Shown here: piece after piece, positions 24,336 through 38,846 of the stretch
Position numbering within the stretch: position 1 is the first letter of the stretch
Layout: each line of letters begins with the position of its first letter
DNA from: Octopus sinensis
Lineage: Eukaryota
DNA length: 64,000 nt
NCBI RefSeq assembly: GCF_006345805.1
Contig: NC_042999.1
Location: forward strand, 124,744,001 to 124,808,000
Direction: 5' to 3'
Notes under the pieces: model-generated
Database searches by the model: none
Told to the model about the DNA's origin: nothing
The model's input: only the letters and a program-made list of their open reading frames with translations
Position numbers and translations under genes: made by a program

Positions 24336-27300
24336 GAGGCTGCAATTTCAGATTTTCATCTCATATTTGCTTTGAAATCAGTTATCCAATTTTTTTAATT
24401 TTTGATAATGCCTTGGAAAAATCAATTTCAAAACATTTTTATTGGAAGGAAATATCGAATTAAATTAAGGGCTTCAAAGAATTTTGTATAGATTTGGAAG
24501 TCTAAAATATTGATATCTTACTTATGTGCAAGGCCATAAATTTCAGTGGGAGGAGACAGTTGATTATATTGATCTCAGAATTTAAATGGTGCTTATTTTA
24601 TTGACTTTTGAAGGTTGAAAGACATAGTTAACTCCAGCAGGATTTGATCTCAGAATCTGAGTATTATGAAATATTTTGTCTTTCTTTCTCTTTGTCTGCA
24701 TAAGTGTTGATTACAAGGTTTTGGATTACCTCCCATTGTATGTGATCTTCAGTGTCTTCTCATAGCCTTTCACCTAAAACCCTGTGATGATAATTTCATT
24801 GACAAATATAGGCAGAAGCCAATTCTACAAATCATTCCAGTTTTGAGGCGTAATGTTTAATCCTTTGTCCTATTTAACATCACCATCTTATCCTTTAGTG
24901 GAATCCATTTTGTTTTCTGTGATGAACATTTAGTCCAGTTCTCTAGTTTGAGGATAACTTCCTTCCCCAAGTTTAGAGTGTTCTGAAAAAGGTTATAGGT
25001 GTTTCTCTTCCTATTTTGACTGTGATATAAACACTTTTATTTTTTAATATTGACTATATTAAAACATGGTAACATATTGGTTTCAAATTTTGGTACAAGG
25101 CAAGCAATTTCAGGGGCGGGATTAAGTCAAAACACTTAACAGCATTTTGCCTGATATGCTAACAATTCTGCCAGCTCACCACTTTAAAAAAAAACACGGT
25201 CAAATATTAAAACAGGATTAGACCAACAGTAGATTTTATTATTTTATTCTTCAGGCTAAAGATGTGAGAGAGACCTGATGACCTTTACAAGCCCTTCTAG
25301 AGTGATGATATTGATGTTCAATTTGAATTTCTGCCAATTGATGCCCATTGCCAAAGTATCTAGTTTGAGAATTTGGAAATAAAAGAGTAAGACACATTAA
25401 GGATGATGTGAAAAAGAAAAACATATTAACTGGAGATTTTTCAGTGGTATTGATGCTAGCTACACAGCTTGCCAATTCAGAGAAACTGAAACTATTGAAG
25501 TAAAACAGGGACAGAGAACAGACACACTGAATCGCTAAGTGCTTTTAGTTCTTTAGTGAGTTTGACAATGTTAGATGGGGTTTTTCTTTAATAAGAGTAT
25601 TTTTATAAGCAAATGCTTCTGATACTCAGATTGTACAACTAATATAAAATAATTTTATGATCAGCAATATCAAATCATCAACAATATCCAATAGCCTGAT
25701 ATTTAAATTTATATAATCACAGAATTACCATGAATGTAATTGTCCTATCTAAGCAGCTAAATTTCCCTTTATTCTTTTGACATCTCTTCCAGTAAAAGTA
25801 CCTATGGTAACCACTGATGATGACCACAACTCTTAGAGAAACTTAAGAATAAAATTGGAGCCAATTGTTAATATTTCATCGATATTAAAGTTGTAAAAAT
25901 TATTGGCTAGTATGGAAAGTTGTATTCTCAAATGTTCTTACTCTAACATTTTAGCATAGAAACCAAAATCATTTCTTTTTTCAATGCAGTACTTTGACAA
26001 CCATCAATTTACATTTTTCTATTTCTCTAATGCTATCTTAGTGCACAAAATCAGACATTGAATGTAATTTTTTTCTATATAGCTGCAAGCTTAAAATTTC
26101 TGAGAATATCTTCTTATTTCTTAACAGCTAGCAAGGAATTATTTCATTATCATCAATTTGATGTGTCATGAGGGTAAAATAAATTGTATGAAGTTGAATA
26201 GAGAAAGAGGTCAGAGATAAGAAGACTGAGGAGATGGGGAAGCAATATATTATTAGGATGATTGGATATCAAGAAAACAGATAATGCATACTGGATAGAA
26301 AAGTGCTGTGAAATAGTGGTTGATGGTTGTTGAGACAAAAATAGCCCAAGTAAAACACAAGTTTAGTGATTTGATATGATCTGAAATAATTTCAACTTAT
26401 TGAGGGATTATTATTGAACAGCCATAGAAATATTGGCACAGTACAGTAAATATGTCCAACTAATATTAACACTGGTGTTGGCTCTAGTTGTATATCTCAT
26501 TGAATATCGCACCCTTCATTTATTGTAGCCTGGTCGTACATGGAAACAGAAAAGACTGTGTTTCTAAAGTATCACTCACTTGTCTTTTTAAACCGTATTC
26601 CATTGCTAGCAGACACAAATGTGATGATCTGGCATGTTCTGTGGTTCTTCATAGGTAGGGAGTTATCTCCTTTGTATGACTTTATTAACCGCACAAAACA
26701 AGAACTGATCGCAGATATAAATGGTGATCTCCCGGAATGCAAGTTTTCCTTACTGTGAATTCCCTGCAGCACGTTATAACCCTGGCACTTGATATTCTGA
26801 TTCATTCTGGTATCCCTTTAATCTATGGATTATATTACCTGGATAGCAGTCCAATGGGTCATAAATCTTTGAACTGGATGTGTTCCTGACTTACAAAAGT
26901 AAGACATTTCAACAAACATCCCCTCAACCTTTGCATCTTTGACCCAGAGGAATATCAAGTGTGTAGCAGTTGAAAGAACAAAAGACATCTGTTTAACTCA
27001 TAGATAAACTGGAAAGTTTATTTGAAGTTGACCTTCATTTACTTTGTCATAGTATTATCATAAGGTATGTATAGGTAGTTATAGGTCCTTAATAAATGCT
27101 GCTGTTGTTAGTCCTTGACATCTGATTGGCCATCAAACTGGGTTACTTGCAACTTACCCTTATATCTATCTAAAGGCCATTCTACTATTCACCATTTGTG
27201 AATGCAACCTATGGCAGTACAGCTCTACAAAAGCTGGGTTAGTTGTACTTCTGTAATAAACCAATGGCCAGAAAGTGCATTCAAAAGTAACAATATTTAT

Positions 27301-27362
27301 GTTTTCTTGATTAGTATTCAAATAGTTCAAAATGTATAGCTAGCAAAGACATAAAGTTGATT

Positions 27363-28170
27363 CATCATCATTTAACGTCTGTTTTCCATGCTAGCATGGA
27401 TTGGACAGTTTGACTGGGACCTGGGAAGCCAGGAGGCTGCACCAGACTCCAGTCTGATCTGGCAGTGTTTCTACAGTTGGATGCCCTTCCTAACGCCAAT
27501 CACTCCGTGAGTGTAGTGGGTGCTTTTTACATGCCACCAGCACAGGGGAGGCTGGCAACCGCTATGATTGGTTGGTGCTTTTTATGTGCCACCGGCATGG
27601 AAGCCAGTCAAGGTGGTGGTGCTGGCATTGGCCACATTCGGATGGTGCTTTTTACGTGCCATCAACACAGGTATCACAACTACAATTTCCATTTGATTTT
27701 TATTTTGATGTTGATGTACTTGACTCAATAGGTCTCCTCAAGCACAGCAGGTCGCCCTACGATCCAAGGTAAGCGCAACAGGCTGTCCTGCAATCCAAGG
27801 TACTTTGGATGGGCTGGGGCTGGTTATGTGAAGCTGGTGCAGGAAACAGCCATGAACTCACGTTATTTGTCGGGCCTTCGCAGTCACAGCATATCTCCAG
27901 AGGTCTCAGTCTTTCATCATTGCCTCTGTGAGGCCCAACGTTTGAAGGTCATGCTTGACCACCTCATCCCATGTCTTTCTGGGTCTACCTCTACCCTGGT
28001 TTCCTTCAACTGTTTGGGAGTGACACTTCTTCACACATCTCTCCTCATCTATCAGTAGTACATGACCATACCAGTACAAACATCTCTCTTGCACACCACA
28101 TCTGATGCTTCTTATGTCCAACATTTCTCTCAGGGTACTTACACTCACTCTGTCATGTATGCACACTGAA
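27363..28170 (-). mobile_element. 5'-truncated RTE LINE (ORF C-terminus and 3' UTR)
   Basis: ORF ...SIRCGVQERCLYWYGHVL...GRGRPRKTWDEVVKHDL. Homologous to the end of the 42016-43434 ORF; (CAT)n tail. Confidence 0.88.
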
Positions 28171-30197
28171 TATTCTTGATATCATCTCAATCTATAGTAA
28201 TGCTGACTTAAAAAGGTACTATGATGTATAAATAATAAGCTTTCAATGTTTAGAGAATCAGTAGAAATTTTCATTTGAAAAATCCTATGTAGCTTATGAA
28301 TTATTTATTTGGTATACGTATTTTACAATATATTACAATATTTTTAATAGTGACAAAGATACATTAGTTAATAGGTCATTTGCCAGTTAGTCTTCATTTT
28401 CATGGTCATTTTCAGACAACTAATAACAAGTAACCTTCATGACCTAGAAAATATTCTAAAGAAACCAAGTTGTTGATGCTGACAGAGGTGTCAGCTTGGC
28501 ACAGAATAAAATCAATATCTTGAAAGAGAAGAAGTAATATGATGGAATATATATCAGGATTTAACGTAGCATACCTTCCAGAGATGTAATTTATAACTGT
28601 GCAACATTGTAATGTCAGTATACACACACTTATAAAACTGGGAACTCATTTGGGTAAATTCAATAAAACAGAAAGAGTTTCCCCAAAAGTTAAGTAGGAA
28701 AGATGGAGACAGCAATGTATTTGAACAAAGACCTTTTGGTCAAAAGTTATTTGTAAGATAGAAATAGATTGTTTGCAATGAAAGAAAGCAAATATAGCAT
28801 TTGAATCTGATCACATCTTCAAATTTATTTGCTTTAATTTTTGCTGCAAAAATTACAGTTGGCCTCCTCTTCTTTATCATCATGACCATCATCCCCATTG
28901 TCATCATCATCATTTTCTACATCATTACTTTCATCTTTATTTCTGGTAATGTAATGATGGTATGCATGATATTTTATAAATATATGTTTCCATATACAGT
29001 TATATATACAATGAAATGCAAGTGAAAGCAATTTTGTAATTAAATGTGGTGATCTGGGCCATGTATAAAAATGTCGCTCCTTACGTAATATAATATTTGG
29101 ATAACAGACAAGATAACTTGCTTTATTGACAGATTGTATAAACCATTCCAAACTTCAGCCCTTGAGATTCACCTGCTACTGATAATCAATAGCATATTCT
29201 GTTTATAACTAAAACAAAATCTTATCACATACATCTCCACAGAAGACCAATGTATAAATCTTGGAAGGCACTTTATGCTGTATGAATTAATGAATAATTA
29301 TGGAAAATGACAAAGGCTGTATGAATTAATAAACTCTACATTTGAATAAATTTATTTAGTGTGGAAGAAACCTGTGGTTTCAATATATTCAATCTAGCCA
29401 TAAACGAATTTTCATGTTAAAAGTCATGTTTAAAGATAGCAAATACATTCAGCAACAGCAAAATCCTAATTTCAATTCTTGCTGTAAACTTCATTAGTTC
29501 TTTTACAACTGAAGGTATTTAATTTGGTTTTTTTGTTTGTTTGTTTTTTTTTCACCTTTACATTTGTGATCCATCCTTCATCCATTAACACTTTTCTTTC
29601 CACCTACACTTCTATTGATCACGCCCCACCAATGAACCACCAAATTATGTCACTTCCCTTACAACCATACATCTTTCACCCTTTCTCATGCACTATAACA
29701 GCCTTTCTCTTCCCTCACTCACTTCTGTAGCCCATTCAAATCTTACTCAACATCACACCAACTTTCTCATTTTTCTCCTGTCTACTGTTTCATCATTACT
29801 ATTCTGCTGCTCCCATACTGTCAGTCATCTACTCCCCGACTTCTCTGCTAATGCTTGCATCATTGGTGGTAGCCTACCCATCACCCACTCTACCTCTCAC
29901 CTCCCGATCCACTTTTACAACCTCCACTCACACTTCTGGTTCCTCTGCTCTACTCATTTCTACCCACCTAAAATCTGACACCTTATCACCAATCTTTTTG
30001 CTGCTTTCAAACTCCACTTGATCATTCCCATCTTCTCTTCTAAAATGAAAGTAGTAAAGTAGCTTGCTCAAAAATATAATGCACTACCAGACCTAGGAAT
30101 TGAACCCATGCCTTTACGATCTGAGAGCTGCACATGCTTAACCACTAGGCCACATAACTCACCAAACATTTTCTATTGACAAAATTAATGTATATTA

Positions 30198-30585
30198 GGT
30201 GCAGGCATGGCTGTGTGGTAAGAAGCTTCTTCCCAATCACATGGACCTGCGTTCAGTCCCACTGTGTGGCACCTTGGACAAGTGTCTTATACTGTAGCCT
30301 CAGACCGACCAAAACCTTATGAGTGAATTTGGTAGACAGAGACTGAGGAAGCTCGTCATGTGTGTGTGTGTCTGTCTGTCTGTTTCCCACACTGCTTGAC
30401 AACTTGTGTTGGTGTGTTTCATCCCCCTCACTTAGTGGTTTGGCACAAGAGACCATTAGAACAAGTACCAGACTTTAAAATAAAATAAGTACTAGGGGTC
30501 AATTAATTCAGCTAAAATTCCTCAAGATGATGCCCCCAGCATGGCAGCAATCCAATGACTGAAACAAGTAAAAGATAAAAGATAG
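30198..30585 (+). mobile_element. SINE family B, near full length
   Basis: GGCTGTGTGGTAAG head, GTTCAGTCCC B-box-like motif, internal TG tract, GACTGAAACAAGTAAAAGA tail. Confidence 0.8.
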
Positions 30586-32227
30586 TCATAGTTTCATTAT
30601 GATCTTCACACTGGACACAAACTTGTACAAAAGTCATACCACAGCCAATATTTGTAATCTTTTACTGGTTTCATTCATTGAACTGCAACCATGCTGAAGC
30701 ACTACTTTCAGTGCCTTAGTTGATCATATCAGTTCCAGTACTTAACACAGTCCGTTACTCTATTTTATCAATATCCATTTGCCAAATCACAAAGTTAAAA
30801 TTTTTGGCACAACACAACTGACAATGCAGCTGTAAGTGAACCACTTGCCTTGTGGATTGTTAGCTTTGGCTGTGCACAAGTTATTACCAAGGATGTTGAT
30901 ATTAATCACCCTTTTGTCTGTTCCAGATGTCTTAGAGGTGAAACATATCTGCTGCCAAGATTCTGTGTTCCAGCTAACACAACATCTGTTTGTCCAGCTG
31001 ATAATAAATGTTTGAACTTATAACTGATAATTCATGGTTGGATCAATGTTACATTTGATAATGCACAATATTATTTCTAATTATGCACTGGTGAATTTTA
31101 TTATAATTGCTACTACGGATTTTAGATTCTCTATAAAGTGACATATGTTGATTGTTATTATACATTTCTATTATACCTTATTTAATGATATGAAAGATAC
31201 ACAGGCATATTACATGCACCACAGTTTCAACAGCACATATTCAGGACAAAAAATTCTTTAGTGCATTAAAGCATGTAATATCTAAATCAATCCAGCAGTA
31301 CATTGCAAAACATTACAGAAGCACCTTCATGTTAATGTCTCCTAGGTTAGTGTTTTTACTATTACTGGTACTTGCTTTCATTTACACTGCTTTGTTTATA
31401 GTTTCCAATTCATTATTGGTAGAATTATCATCATCATCATTGTTTATTGTCCGTTTTCCATGCTGGCATGGGTTGGACAGTTTGACAGGAACTGGCCAGG
31501 CAGGAACCTGCACAAAACTTCTGTGTCTATTTTGGCAGGGTTTTTACAGCTGGATTCCACCCAGCAGAATGGATTATGTTTAAGCATATCTGGTTATAAT
31601 GGATCAGCTGGTATTCTGTGAGCATCAATAATTAATTTTGCAGTTCACCCCTTTCTCTATGGTTTCCAACTGATTACACTGTGTAAGGGAATGTTTTTTT
31701 TTTGTTTTTTTTTGTTTTTGGTCAGTAAGTGTTATTCCTTTTTACTTCTATCTAGAAATCAAAAGAAATCACTACTTTTCCCTTCAGACTTTGCTTTTGT
31801 GACCTGGACATTAATGTTTTGAAACTGACCTATTTTCCATTATATTCCAAACAGCTCCAATACTGAGCTGTTAAAGCAGAATTTTCCAGAACTTTCTAGA
31901 AATTTCAAGAATTCATAGAACATTCAGGCCACATAGATTGCAGTCTAAATACTAGGATTGTAAGCTCAACAATTCAGGTCTAAGTGGGGGCAAGTTTGAG
32001 GAATGCAAAGTTTAAAAGAAATATTTGCCAATTTTCATATTTCTAGGGGTAAGCAAATAGGAAATAACAGTTGCCAAGGACAAAAATCATGTTACACAGT
32101 GTCATTGGTAGGAGTGTGTTTAAGCATATTTAATCATAATGGATCAGCTGGTACATGGTGAAAATCAACACTTCTTTTACAGTACAAATAATAATAATGT
32201 TTAAGTATTATTATTATGGAGTCAGCC

Positions 32228-32440
32228 AAGGCAGTGACCTTACAGAATCAACAGCATGCCAGAAAAATGCTTAGTGATAGTTTGTTTGTCTTACATTCTG
32301 AATACAAATTCTGCTGAAGTCAACTTTGTCTTTCATCCTTTTGGGTTGATAAAATAAGTACTAATCGCACATTGAAGTCATTGTAATCAACTAGCCCTTC
32401 CCCAAAAGTTTCAGGCATTTTGCCTATAGTAGAAAAGATT
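32228..32440 (+). mobile_element. SINE family A (old copy)
   Basis: CTTTCATCCTTTTGGGTTGATAAAATAAGTAC core. Confidence 0.6.
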
Positions 32441-33664
32441 ATAGTAGAAAAGTCAGGTTAGTAAGAAGACACTACCTGAATAAAAATTAGCATATAATAG
32501 TGAGTGTCAGGGACAAAATTAGCTTAAGAGAGCCCAATTTCACATGTAAGACCCAGGGTGATTTTTTGAGACTTTTTTGCAGTGGGAAAAGCGCATCTTA
32601 TCTGCTATCAACTACAGTAATTCAACTCAGTCATAGATGCATTATAGGGATATAAATTAATTGCAGTACTTAATTGCTACTTTATTTAATCAACCCCAAG
32701 AAAAATTAAAGATAAAGTTGCCTTGTCAAAATATGATCTCAGATCAAATCAGGCCATTAAAAAACACCACAAAGTATTTTTTCCAATGCTGTAGCAACTC
32801 TCTCAATCTAACCATCTACCATTTAGAGCCTTTCATAATAACCAACATTTTCATTTTCAATATGAACACTTTCATGTGTTCCAGTTTTAGAGCATCTTAA
32901 GCTTTTACACTCTCCAAATCAAATACATTGAGAAGTATCATATATTATATTTTTAATACTTTTAGAGTTCAAACAAGATCATAAGTTTGAAGCACTGACA
33001 TATTAGAGATTAATTAGGTTTACAGAAACACACCAAGTAGAAACCAATAAGAAAGAGAGGAAAACATTCAGCTTTTTTGCAACAATAAAAGCAAAAAATT
33101 CTATATGCTCAAAAGTAAGTGCCTTTTCAGAAAAAGAAAAAACAAGTAATGATATCTAAGTCCTTACAAGTCTTTTGTGTTTTGTAAGGACTTCAAAAAT
33201 CTTTGCAAAGACTCAAATTCATGAACATTTTTTTTTAAAATTTAAAATATCTGATATTCAAGCCCATAGCAGGAAATCTTGCTATATGGTATTCAGGTAT
33301 GGTAAATGAATGCAAATGTTCCCAGAAAACTCCAAGTATTCACAAACAGGTGCCTAAAAAACATCCTAAACATTGGATGCTTAGAAATTGTAAACAACAA
33401 TGACTTTGGCTTAAATAGGAGACCAGCAAACTAAAAATATGGGTAGGAACATATACTGAGAAGATAAGGCTTGGACTGGAAACCAGAGAGTAAGAGGAAA
33501 ACAGAATGCCCAAAGATTAGCTGATGAAGATGAGAAGAAAAGAAATTGAAAGTGACATGAATATAACACCATCTGAAAAGAAAAGTAGGGGACAGAACAG
33601 ATTGATAGACTGCTGTCGAAAACCTGTGTTCTGCCAGGAAACCAAACAAACCATTAGGATGTTG

Positions 33665-34236
33665 ATGGCACCTTGGGCAAGTGGCTTCTACTGTAGCCTT
33701 AGGCCAACCAAAGCCTTGTGAGTGGATTTGGTAGACAGAAACTGAAAGAAGCCTGCCATGTGTATGTGTGTGTGTGTGTGTGTGTGCACATGCATGTTTT
33801 TGTATCTGTGTTTGTCCCCCACTGCCACTTGACAACTGGTGTTGGTGTGTTTACATTCCCATAACTTAGCAGTTCAGCAAAAAAGACTGCTAAATAGGTA
33901 CTGGGCTTTAAAAAGTGTACACTGAGCCAAATATAAAAAAGATAAAAAACAGATAAGAACTCTATAAAATATACAGAACAGAGCAAAAATAAAGTCTTTG
34001 TCTTTTTTCAACCCTTTGCCTTTTCTTTGTTTTCTTTTACTTGTTTCAATCATTAGATTGTAGCCCTACTGGAGCACCATCTTGAAGAATTTTTAGTCAG
34101 ACGTATTGACCACAGTACTTATATTTTTAAAGCCTGGTACTTATTCTATTGGTTTCTTTTGCTGAACTGCTAAGTTGCAGGTATGTAAACACACCAACAG
34201 CAGTTGTCAAGTAGTGTGGAAGGACAAACACGGACA

Positions 34237-34283
<47 letters not shown>

Positions 34284-34445
34284 GACAAGCTTCTTTCAGT
34301 TTGTATCTACCAGACCCACTCACAAGGCTTTGGACAGCCCAAGGCTATAGTAGAAGGCATTTGCCCAAGGTGCTATGCAGTGGAACTGAACGCAGAATCA
34401 TGTAGTGGGAAAGCAAGCCTCTGATTACACAGCCACACCTGCACC
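33665..34445. mobile_element. Two SINE family B copies (plus 33665-33910, minus 34030-34445)
   Basis: Match to the family B sequence in opposite orientations. Confidence 0.75.
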
Positions 34446-34561
34446 TAGCTTGTCAGGAAAATATGTTGAGTGTGTCAAATGTGATACACAGGACAGGTAA
34501 AGCAATAAGGACAAAGCAAGACCAGGTGTAAAAAGAAAGTAGAATGTTTTACAACCAAAGT

Positions 34562-34719
34562 AGGAATGGCTGTGTGGTAAGTAGCTTGCTTACCAACCAA
34601 ATGGTTCCGGGTTCAGTCCCACTGCGTGGCACCTTGAGCAAGTGTCTTCTACTACAGCCTTGGGCCAACCAAAGCCTTGTGAGTAAATCTGGTAGATGGA
34701 AACTGAAAGAAGCCAGTCG

Positions 34720-34762
<43 letters not shown>

Positions 34763-34768
34763 TGTGTA

Positions 34769-34817
<49 letters not shown>

Positions 34818-35026
34818 ATTTTTGTCCCCCCAACATCGCTTGACAGCTGATGCTGGTGTGTTTACGTCCCCGTCACTTAGCGGTTTGGCAAAAGAGACTG
34901 ATAGAATAAGGACTAGGCTTACAAAGAATAAGTCCTGGGGTCGATTTGCTCAACTAAAGGCGATGCTCCAGCATGGCCACAGTCAAATGACTGAAACAAG
35001 TAAAAAGGTAAAAGAGTAAAAGAGAG
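34562..35026 (+). mobile_element. SINE family B, full length
   Basis: Head GGCTGTGTGGTAAG..GGTTCAGTCCC, internal (TA)/(TG) tract, tail (GTAAAAGA)n. Highly similar to 53503-53915. Confidence 0.85.
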
Positions 35027-35674
35027 AGTTTACTCAGAAAGGAGGGAAGGAAATGTAAATGAGTATAAACAAGCAGAAATTATGAACCGGACAGCAATAT
35101 AAGATATAAACAAAGTCTTTGTTGGTTATCAACTAAACAAACATACTGTGACCTGCTTCAAATTTTTTAATGATTATACAGCTCAAGTTGATATGAACAT
35201 TCAGCCATTTGTATGAATTATTTATTACATTCTTATGAATTGTTTGATCAAATTTTTTGTAACTTCATATTCTTCTTAACATCAAACACTTGATCATGAA
35301 AAGAAACTTTTTTTAACTATTTTGTATCATAATCAACTAAAGCAGATAGATTACTTTACCTAAGTTTAGAATACACAGCATACATTATTGTAAATGTTAA
35401 TTGTTGTTATTGTTACCGTTTCTGAGGAAGAGTAGATTCAGTCAGATAACCCTAAGCTGACCTACAGAGCAGAGGTGAACAATCGAACATTTGGAAGTGA
35501 CTTGCAGATCAATCATAGAAAAAGTGCAAAATATTTGTCTGGTTGTATGTACATTTGTTATATCATATTTGGCTGTTGCTGTCATTGCTGTTATTATTGC
35601 TATTGTTTGTTTTGTTTTTTTGTTGTTGATGTTGTTATCATCATAACTGTTGTTGTTTAACCCTTAGTCAGCCC

Positions 35675-36344
35675 TGTAAGGGTCTAGCTTGACCCTGCCT
35701 GAGATTTGAAACCAAATCCACTGGCTTGTTGCTTGTCAAAACAAGCAGGAAATTCTCCACACTGGTTGATTGATGAGGAAACACTCCACCCTTAGGACCT
35801 GTACTGGTCAAGGAAAGGTCAGTCCTTTATTTAAGGTTTGACCTACATTACTGACCATAGCCTATATAACAGAGAAAATTTTCTATCTCTAGCTCTGATG
35901 TGTCAGCTATGACCAAGGAGCAACACCGGCTTTTGCATCAGCCTTAACCAAGAGCAGCACTTCCCTTTGCCCTTCACTCGACATACAAAGAGAGGCTTTC
36001 GGCCACAAGAAAGACTCCGGACGGAGAAAGGCTCAGGACAAAGAGACAACTCATGAGATTGCCAACTACTTTCTTAGATGAACGACGCACATACAGACAC
36101 AAAACATATTCAGTTCTACAACATCATAACACAGATGTACCCTGTTTTTATTCCTCTCAACTCGTAGCAGTTGATGACAAATTCATGTAGTGAAGAATCG
36201 TGTATACCCACAGCAAATGCAAGTCCAGTAAATAAATTATTTAAACTATAAATTGATGTCATTCATTTGTTTACTTCAAAGGCATCCACATGCCTATCAC
36301 ATCTGTTTACCTCAACACATTCTGATACACCCTTAACCACTATA
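35675..36344 (+). mobile_element. Solo LTR of an LTR retrotransposon (Gypsy-like 4-bp TSD)
   Basis: Starts TGTAAGGG and ends CCCTTAACCACTATA (TACA-like), flanked by GCCC at 35671-35674 and 36345-36348. Internal TATATAA near 35863 and AATAAA near 36231. Confidence 0.6.
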
Positions 36345-36566
36345 GCCCTAATCAAGCAGACCTATGATCTAAGGTATTTCACTTATGAGAAATCCATCTT
36401 CTTTCTATATGGAGGGTAAGTTGAACAACATGTACCTTTTATATGGCAGTAAAATATAATTTGAGGAATATTTGATTGTTATTGCTCACACACTGAGTGA
36501 CCATGTTAAAAAAAGCCCCAGAATTGGTTCATTAAGTTGTTGCTACTGCTGCTGCTGTTGTTGTGT

Positions 36567-36599
<33 letters not shown>

Positions 36600-36601
36600 T
36601 T

Positions 36602-37140
36602 ATAATAATAATAATAATAATAATTGTGTACAGTGCTCAGGTGCACTACAACTCATCTAAAGTGTATATATAATCAGGTGTAGTTTCGGCGGATTTCGGA
36701 AAGCATGAGGGCCTTAAAAGATGCAGTGTCATGGCAGTCAACAACTGACGCAGGCAGTTTATTCCCTGCTTCAGCAACTCTGAGCGTGAAAAAATGTTTC
36801 CGAAAGTCATGGGAGCTGTATTGTTTTCTGACTTTGTAGGCATGTCCACGTGTGTTAGACACATGGAGATCAAAAAGGTGTTCAGTGTTGTTGTTGGTGA
36901 GGTGGTTGATAACTTTGTGGGTGTTTACCAAGTCCATCGCCAAACGCCGGAGCTTCAGTGAATCCATGCCCAGGGAAACAAGGCGCTCAGAATATGGTAG
37001 GTGTCTGATGGAGGGTATGCGTTTGGTTGCACGTCTCTGGACAGATTCCAGGAGGTCAATGTTCTGTGCAAGATAGGGTTCCAAACTGATGATGCGAATT
37101 CTAAGTGTGGTCGTACCATAGCTGTATACAGTTTTAAATA
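36602..37140 (-). mobile_element. 5'-truncated CR1/L2-type LINE
   Basis: 136-aa ORF LESVQRRATKRIP..RKHFFTLRVAEAGNKLP with a (TTA)n tail. Confidence 0.88.
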
Positions 37141-37275
37141 GTTTTGGATGTCAGCATAGCTGCACAGTCAAGAAGTTCATTAGTTCATTTCACAACCACG
37201 TGGTTGCATGTTCTCACCCACAATACTGCTCTTTCCAAAATAAGTGTCTTGAACCAAGAGTATATTTAGCAAAAG

Positions 37276-37335
<60 letters not shown>

Positions 37336-38731
37336 TCAAATAGCTTCCACTGTAAATAGAAATAGAATATATGTATTTCAATGATACTATACTTCTGCAG
37401 ATTCTCCTGAGACAAAACATGGTTACAGTTCACAAACAGCAACATTAGCATATAATGGAAATGGTAATTTGAATAACAGACATTAGTAGATCATTCTCTA
37501 TTATATGACACTTTACTCTCATGACTAAATGCAGTAAAAGTAACTTTAAAATAGATATGACAACAAAAGCAGAATAACTGTCTGAAGCCAATGATGTTTA
37601 TGGCTTCATTTTATGAATGATTGCAGAGAACTACTGACAATGTGTTTAGCTGACTCTTCCCTGAGTACAAGAGTACATAATAAAAAGCATTAGTTTAATA
37701 GAATTGATACTTTCTCTCACCTCAGTAAGTTTTGATTTACATATCATTTCAAAGTTATAAAAAATACTACTTAGCATAAAGTTTGTAGGTTTTTGAAAAA
37801 GAATTAGATTTCACATATTGTTCAGTCCTACTGCATGGCATATTGGGCACGTGTCTTTTACTACAGCTCCAAGCCAACCAAAGTTTGGAAAGTGGTTTTG
37901 GCAAACAGAAACTGAAAGAATCCAGTTATCCAGTTATATTTATACACACACACATACGTGTGTGTGTGTGCATCAATTTAATACATAATCAAAATAAGCT
38001 ACTAACAGTTTCATGCTTATATGATACTTTAACTAGGCATATTTATAAAATACATGTTATATCGCCAAGCAATCTTTCAGGCTCTGTTCATACATTATAT
38101 ATATTTTAAAGACAAGGAAATGGACAGTGAGAAAATAAGAAAAAGATGTGAAAAAAAAATGGGAAGAATGCTAATGCAAAAAATGAAATGAGACAATAAG
38201 AACAAAAGCAAGAAAACTACGGTTCTCATCCTCCTTGATTGCAGAAACCTTAATTAATACAACTGGTATAGAACATGATATTGGAAAATATGTCAAAGTC
38301 TGCAGCAACTCAGTCTACAATTTGACAAAATAAACTTGTTCATAGGTTTACACCTGCTAAAAATTTCAGATCTGAAATTAAGCACCATGTTGAAATACAT
38401 GGATCTAAGAATAATATGAGAGGGAAGGTGGGAGAGGGGTAGAAGAAGGGAGCGCAGGAAGGAGGAAGAGAGAAAGAAAGATGATGATTTGGAGTACTTC
38501 TCTGTGGATCACTTATTTGTGGATCACTTGGATTACATTACACCTTTAAAATCCATCAGAGTACATTGGAGGGAGGGAGGGAGGAAGGGGAGGAGGAGGT
38601 CATGGGCTAATAGCAACTGTCCTTTATTCTACTTAAAAGTTATATAACCTCTGATAGTTTTCATATTTCAAGGAAATGTTGGCCTGAAGTTGTCGCTGAA
38701 ATCAGTTTAGTGGTAAAGCATAAGCCCTCAC

Positions 38732-38846
38732 TTGGTTTTAAAACCACCATCTGGCCTCAGGCACCTTTGCAAGATCTCTAGTTTCTTCTTCTTTCTGCTA
38801 CAAGTCTCGGAGGATCCATGGAATTGCCTTTTCTTTTCTGAATAAG
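38732..38846 (-). CDS. Candidate isolated exon of an unknown host gene
   Basis: Pyrimidine-rich acceptor TTATTTTTGTTATAG and donor AA|GTGAGG. One open frame, YSEKKRQFHGSSETCSRKKKKLEILQRCLRPDGGFKT; no recognised homology. Confidence 0.2.

Noticed and set aside
25811-25850. CTGATGA..GAAACTTAAG hammerhead-like match
   Set aside because: No stem I or stem II pairing and no NUH triplet; too degraded to call.
31578-32153. ~36-bp direct repeat GTTTAAGCATAT..ATAATGGATCAGCTGGTA at about 31578 and 32118
   Set aside because: Short and diverged with no element structure between the copies; probably fragments of an old repeat.
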